Assembly: GCA_020184695.1 (NCBI GenBank) | Contig: JAANOX010000036.1 | Location: 61,079 to 125,078 of the forward strand | Source of the DNA: Histomonas meleagridis 2922-C6/04-290x | Lineage: Eukaryota > Protista > Parabasalia | Direction: 5' to 3' | Length of the DNA stretch: 64,000 nucleotides | Part shown: positions 61,844 through 64,000 of the stretch, in pieces | Position numbering within the stretch: position 1 is the stretch's first letter | Layout of the letters: every line of letters begins with the position of its first letter | Notes under the pieces: generated by a model | The model's input: the letters and a program-made list of their open reading frames with translations, nothing else | What the model was told of the DNA's origin: nothing | The model's database searches: none | Program-made: the position numbers and the translations under genes

Positions 61844-63265
61844 TTAATTAATATCTGCGTAAATCTTTTTGATTCCATCTATTGTTTCTTTATATTCCTC
61901 TCCTACCAAAGAGAAGTCGAAATTCATTTGATCTGTCAGCAACAATTCTCTGAGTGCCCAATCTGTAATTTCCAGTACGTAGTTCAACAGTTCCTTATAA
62001 TCGAATGCGTTCATATTATAAACAGTTTTCGATATTGGAGCAAACGGAGGTGTTACCCATTGTCGATTTGCATTTTTTCCCAATGCGCAATGCAACTTCA
62101 GCAACGACTTCAGAATCGTTTCAGCGTGCACCTGAATGATTCCGACTTTATCTTCGTCGGCAGCTTTAAACATTAGAGTTGTTAAAGCTTCGATTTCGTT
62201 CATCACAACATAACTTTTACTCACAACAGAATATTCCGATTTCTTCTTCATCATTAATGAGTTACGTGACGAAGTATATCTTCGATATATTTTCGGAAGT
62301 GTTATAAATGGAAACTCGATAAACAATTGGAAACTTGACTTACCAAATGACTTTTGATCTTTGATGACATCATTATAAAACTTTATGAGCGATGGTATTA
62401 ATCGATCTGTTTGCGCAATTGAATTCGCTTTGCTCGGTTCAATTGTGTTAATGCGACAGATATCATCAATGGTTTGCGTAAATGTTTTTACAATTTGCGA
62501 AAACATAATACCATCATCACGGTATATAAAACCGCGGCGATGGGCTTTAGGATCTTTACTAACATCAGCGAAGTCTTGCGACGCTAAGTATTGGAAGATC
62601 GGTGATCTTGACTTAAGGCCTTCCGAAAGTCGTGACGCATCATTATTAAGTGAGAAACTTGTTTTCTCGCCAACTATGATGGAAAATATTATCAAAAAGT
62701 ACTCAAAAACACTGAACATTGTAAATGAAAGTAAAATGTGAAGTGAATATTTGTTGAAAAATGTGATGACATAAAGCAAAAATGATATACCAGTGATTTT
62801 AAGAATGGATTTGGGATAACATTGAAGTAAATATTGGTATCGTGTTTGATTGAAGTCATATGATTGAATAACTGGGATATATAAGACATGAGAAAGAATT
62901 ATTCCAACTTCGAAAAATGTGATGATAACAACAGAAAAAGTAGGAAGAATTGACGACAAGTGAAGAAAAATCCAGGCAAATTCACTGGCTATAAAGAAAA
63001 ATCGTTTGGTCCATTCTGGAAATGTTAAGATTAAATGTGGGCGTGGAACTACGGATAATGCTTCTTTGTAAAAAAAGAATGGAAGCAATGCCGTAATGTA
63101 CGAAATAATATAAGCGGAAAAACTGAAATTATAGGAATAACTTGAATGAATTAAAATGAAATATTCAAGTAATGTATAAATTGTGAATGGAATATATGCC
63201 CACACTACAAATCCGATTGTTTTGCCCAACCAAACTGCTTTTTCGAATTTTGGGTAGCTTAGCAT
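61844..63265 (-). CDS. NDC1: NDC1-like transmembrane nucleoporin
   Basis: About six N-terminal TM helices, then QYLASQDFADVSK..HRRGFIY and EDKVGIIQVHAETILKSLLKL, resembling the conserved NDC1 motifs (AFQDL...RR..F; EDxxGxVQ..L..IL..LL.L). Confidence 0.65.
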   Translation of the reverse strand: MLSYPKFEKAVWLGKTIGFVVWAYIPFTIYTLLEYFILIHSSYSYNFSFSAYIISYITALLPFFFYKEALSVVPRPHLILTFPEWTKRFFFIASEFAWIFLHLSSILPTFSVVIITFFEVGIILSHVLYIPVIQSYDFNQTRYQYLLQCYPKSILKITGISFLLYVITFFNKYSLHILLSFTMFSVFEYFLIIFSIIVGEKTSFSLNNDASRLSEGLKSRSPIFQYLASQDFADVSKDPKAHRRGFIYRDDGIMFSQIVKTFTQTIDDICRINTIEPSKANSIAQTDRLIPSLIKFYNDVIKDQKSFGKSSFQLFIEFPFITLPKIYRRYTSSRNSLMMKKKSEYSVVSKSYVVMNEIEALTTLMFKAADEDKVGIIQVHAETILKSLLKLHCALGKNANRQWVTPPFAPISKTVYNMNAFDYKELLNYVLEITDWALRELLLTDQMNFDFSLVGEEYKETIDGIKKIYADIN

Positions 63266-63539
63266 CTGTTAATTATTGTTGACCAACAGCAAGCACTTTT
63301 TAAAATTGGCGGTTGATCAGGTTCCTATCGGCCAGCGGTTATATTTTTGGGAACAAACGGCTGCTAACAAAAAGTGCCATTATATAAACACTTTCATTAT
63401 TTTCTAAATGAAAAGTTTTCATTGAAACATATCAAAACTGAACTTTTTCTTTACTGTTATTTGATTTTCTATTAAAATTGATCGGTATCAATTTATTTGG
63501 TGTCACTTTTGTTTTAAATTTTGAATTGGTTGAGTTTGG

Positions 63540-64000
63540 ATGGAGGGAAAAAATATTGATGGATTTTTAATTCTTGAACAAATTGGTAGTGGGGCATCAT
63601 CAAAGGTCCACTTAGCTCAACATGTTCAAACAAAGTTAATGGCAGCAGCAAAAATTGTTGATGTATCTAAACTTAAAACAGAAGAATTTAATGGAGTAAT
63701 ACGTGAAATTAGCGTTTACATGAATGTTGTTCATCCAAATGTATGCACACTTTATCGTTTATCTTTTTTTGACACATATATAATATTTTTTCTTCAATAT
63801 GCAGCCAATGGAACATTATTATCTTACCTCAACAAGAAAAAACAACTAAATGATGAAGAAGCACGCAAAATTTTTATTCAAGTATTTGATGCTATTCGTT
63901 ATCTTCATGTCTATCATTTTTGTGCGCATCGTGATATCAAACTTGAAAACATTCTTTTAGATGAAAATAATAATGTTTCTACTACAGATTTTTGGTTTAG
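63540..64000 (+). CDS. CAMK-group protein kinase, 5' part (runs off the right edge)
   Basis: Manual translation MEGKNIDGFLILEQIGSGASSKVHLA...AAKI...REISV...HRDIKLENILLD. At the DFG position it reads GAT TTT TGG (one extra T). Confidence 0.85.
   Translation, partial: MEGKNIDGFLILEQIGSGASSKVHLAQHVQTKLMAAAKIVDVSKLKTEEFNGVIREISVYMNVVHPNVCTLYRLSFFDTYIIFFLQYAANGTLLSYLNKKKQLNDEEARKIFIQVFDAIRYLHVYHFCAHRDIKLENILLDENNNVSTTDFWF

Overview
AT-rich, gene-dense eukaryotic DNA, almost certainly from a parabasalid protist (Tritrichomonas/Trichomonas-like). The evidence is an initiator-binding-domain (IBP39-type) gene, DUF3447+ankyrin genes, a BspA-type LRR surface protein and almost intron-free genes; the genus is inferred. 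Housekeeping genes: a large USP deubiquitinase running off the left edge (missed by the ORF track), OSTC/DC2, SMC2, SRP68, tRNA-Gly(GCC), UTP12, RPL39 (missed by the track), ARMC4/ODAD2-like, Uso1/p115-like, RPS24 and NDC1-like. Interleaved with these are accessory genes (surface proteins, saposin-like protein, bacterial-type GNAT, fascin-like protein, lipase) and decayed or frameshifted genes (14-3-3, GAF-PDE, PP1-like phosphatase, HNHD-repeat fragment). The strongest signal is in two unrelated DUF3447-ankyrin genes on opposite strands (47.3-49.0 kb and 59.1-61.1 kb). In both, every ankyrin repeat is interrupted at the same position by an AT-rich insert. The inserts separate precise one-repeat exons (99 or 102 nt), are 48, 68 or 88 nt long in 7 of 8 cases (20n+8), share a register-conserved TGGAAW motif 15 nt before coding resumes, and have no usable GT-AG boundaries. 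They are candidates for an undescribed non-canonical intron or recoding system; mass pseudogenisation is the alternative.
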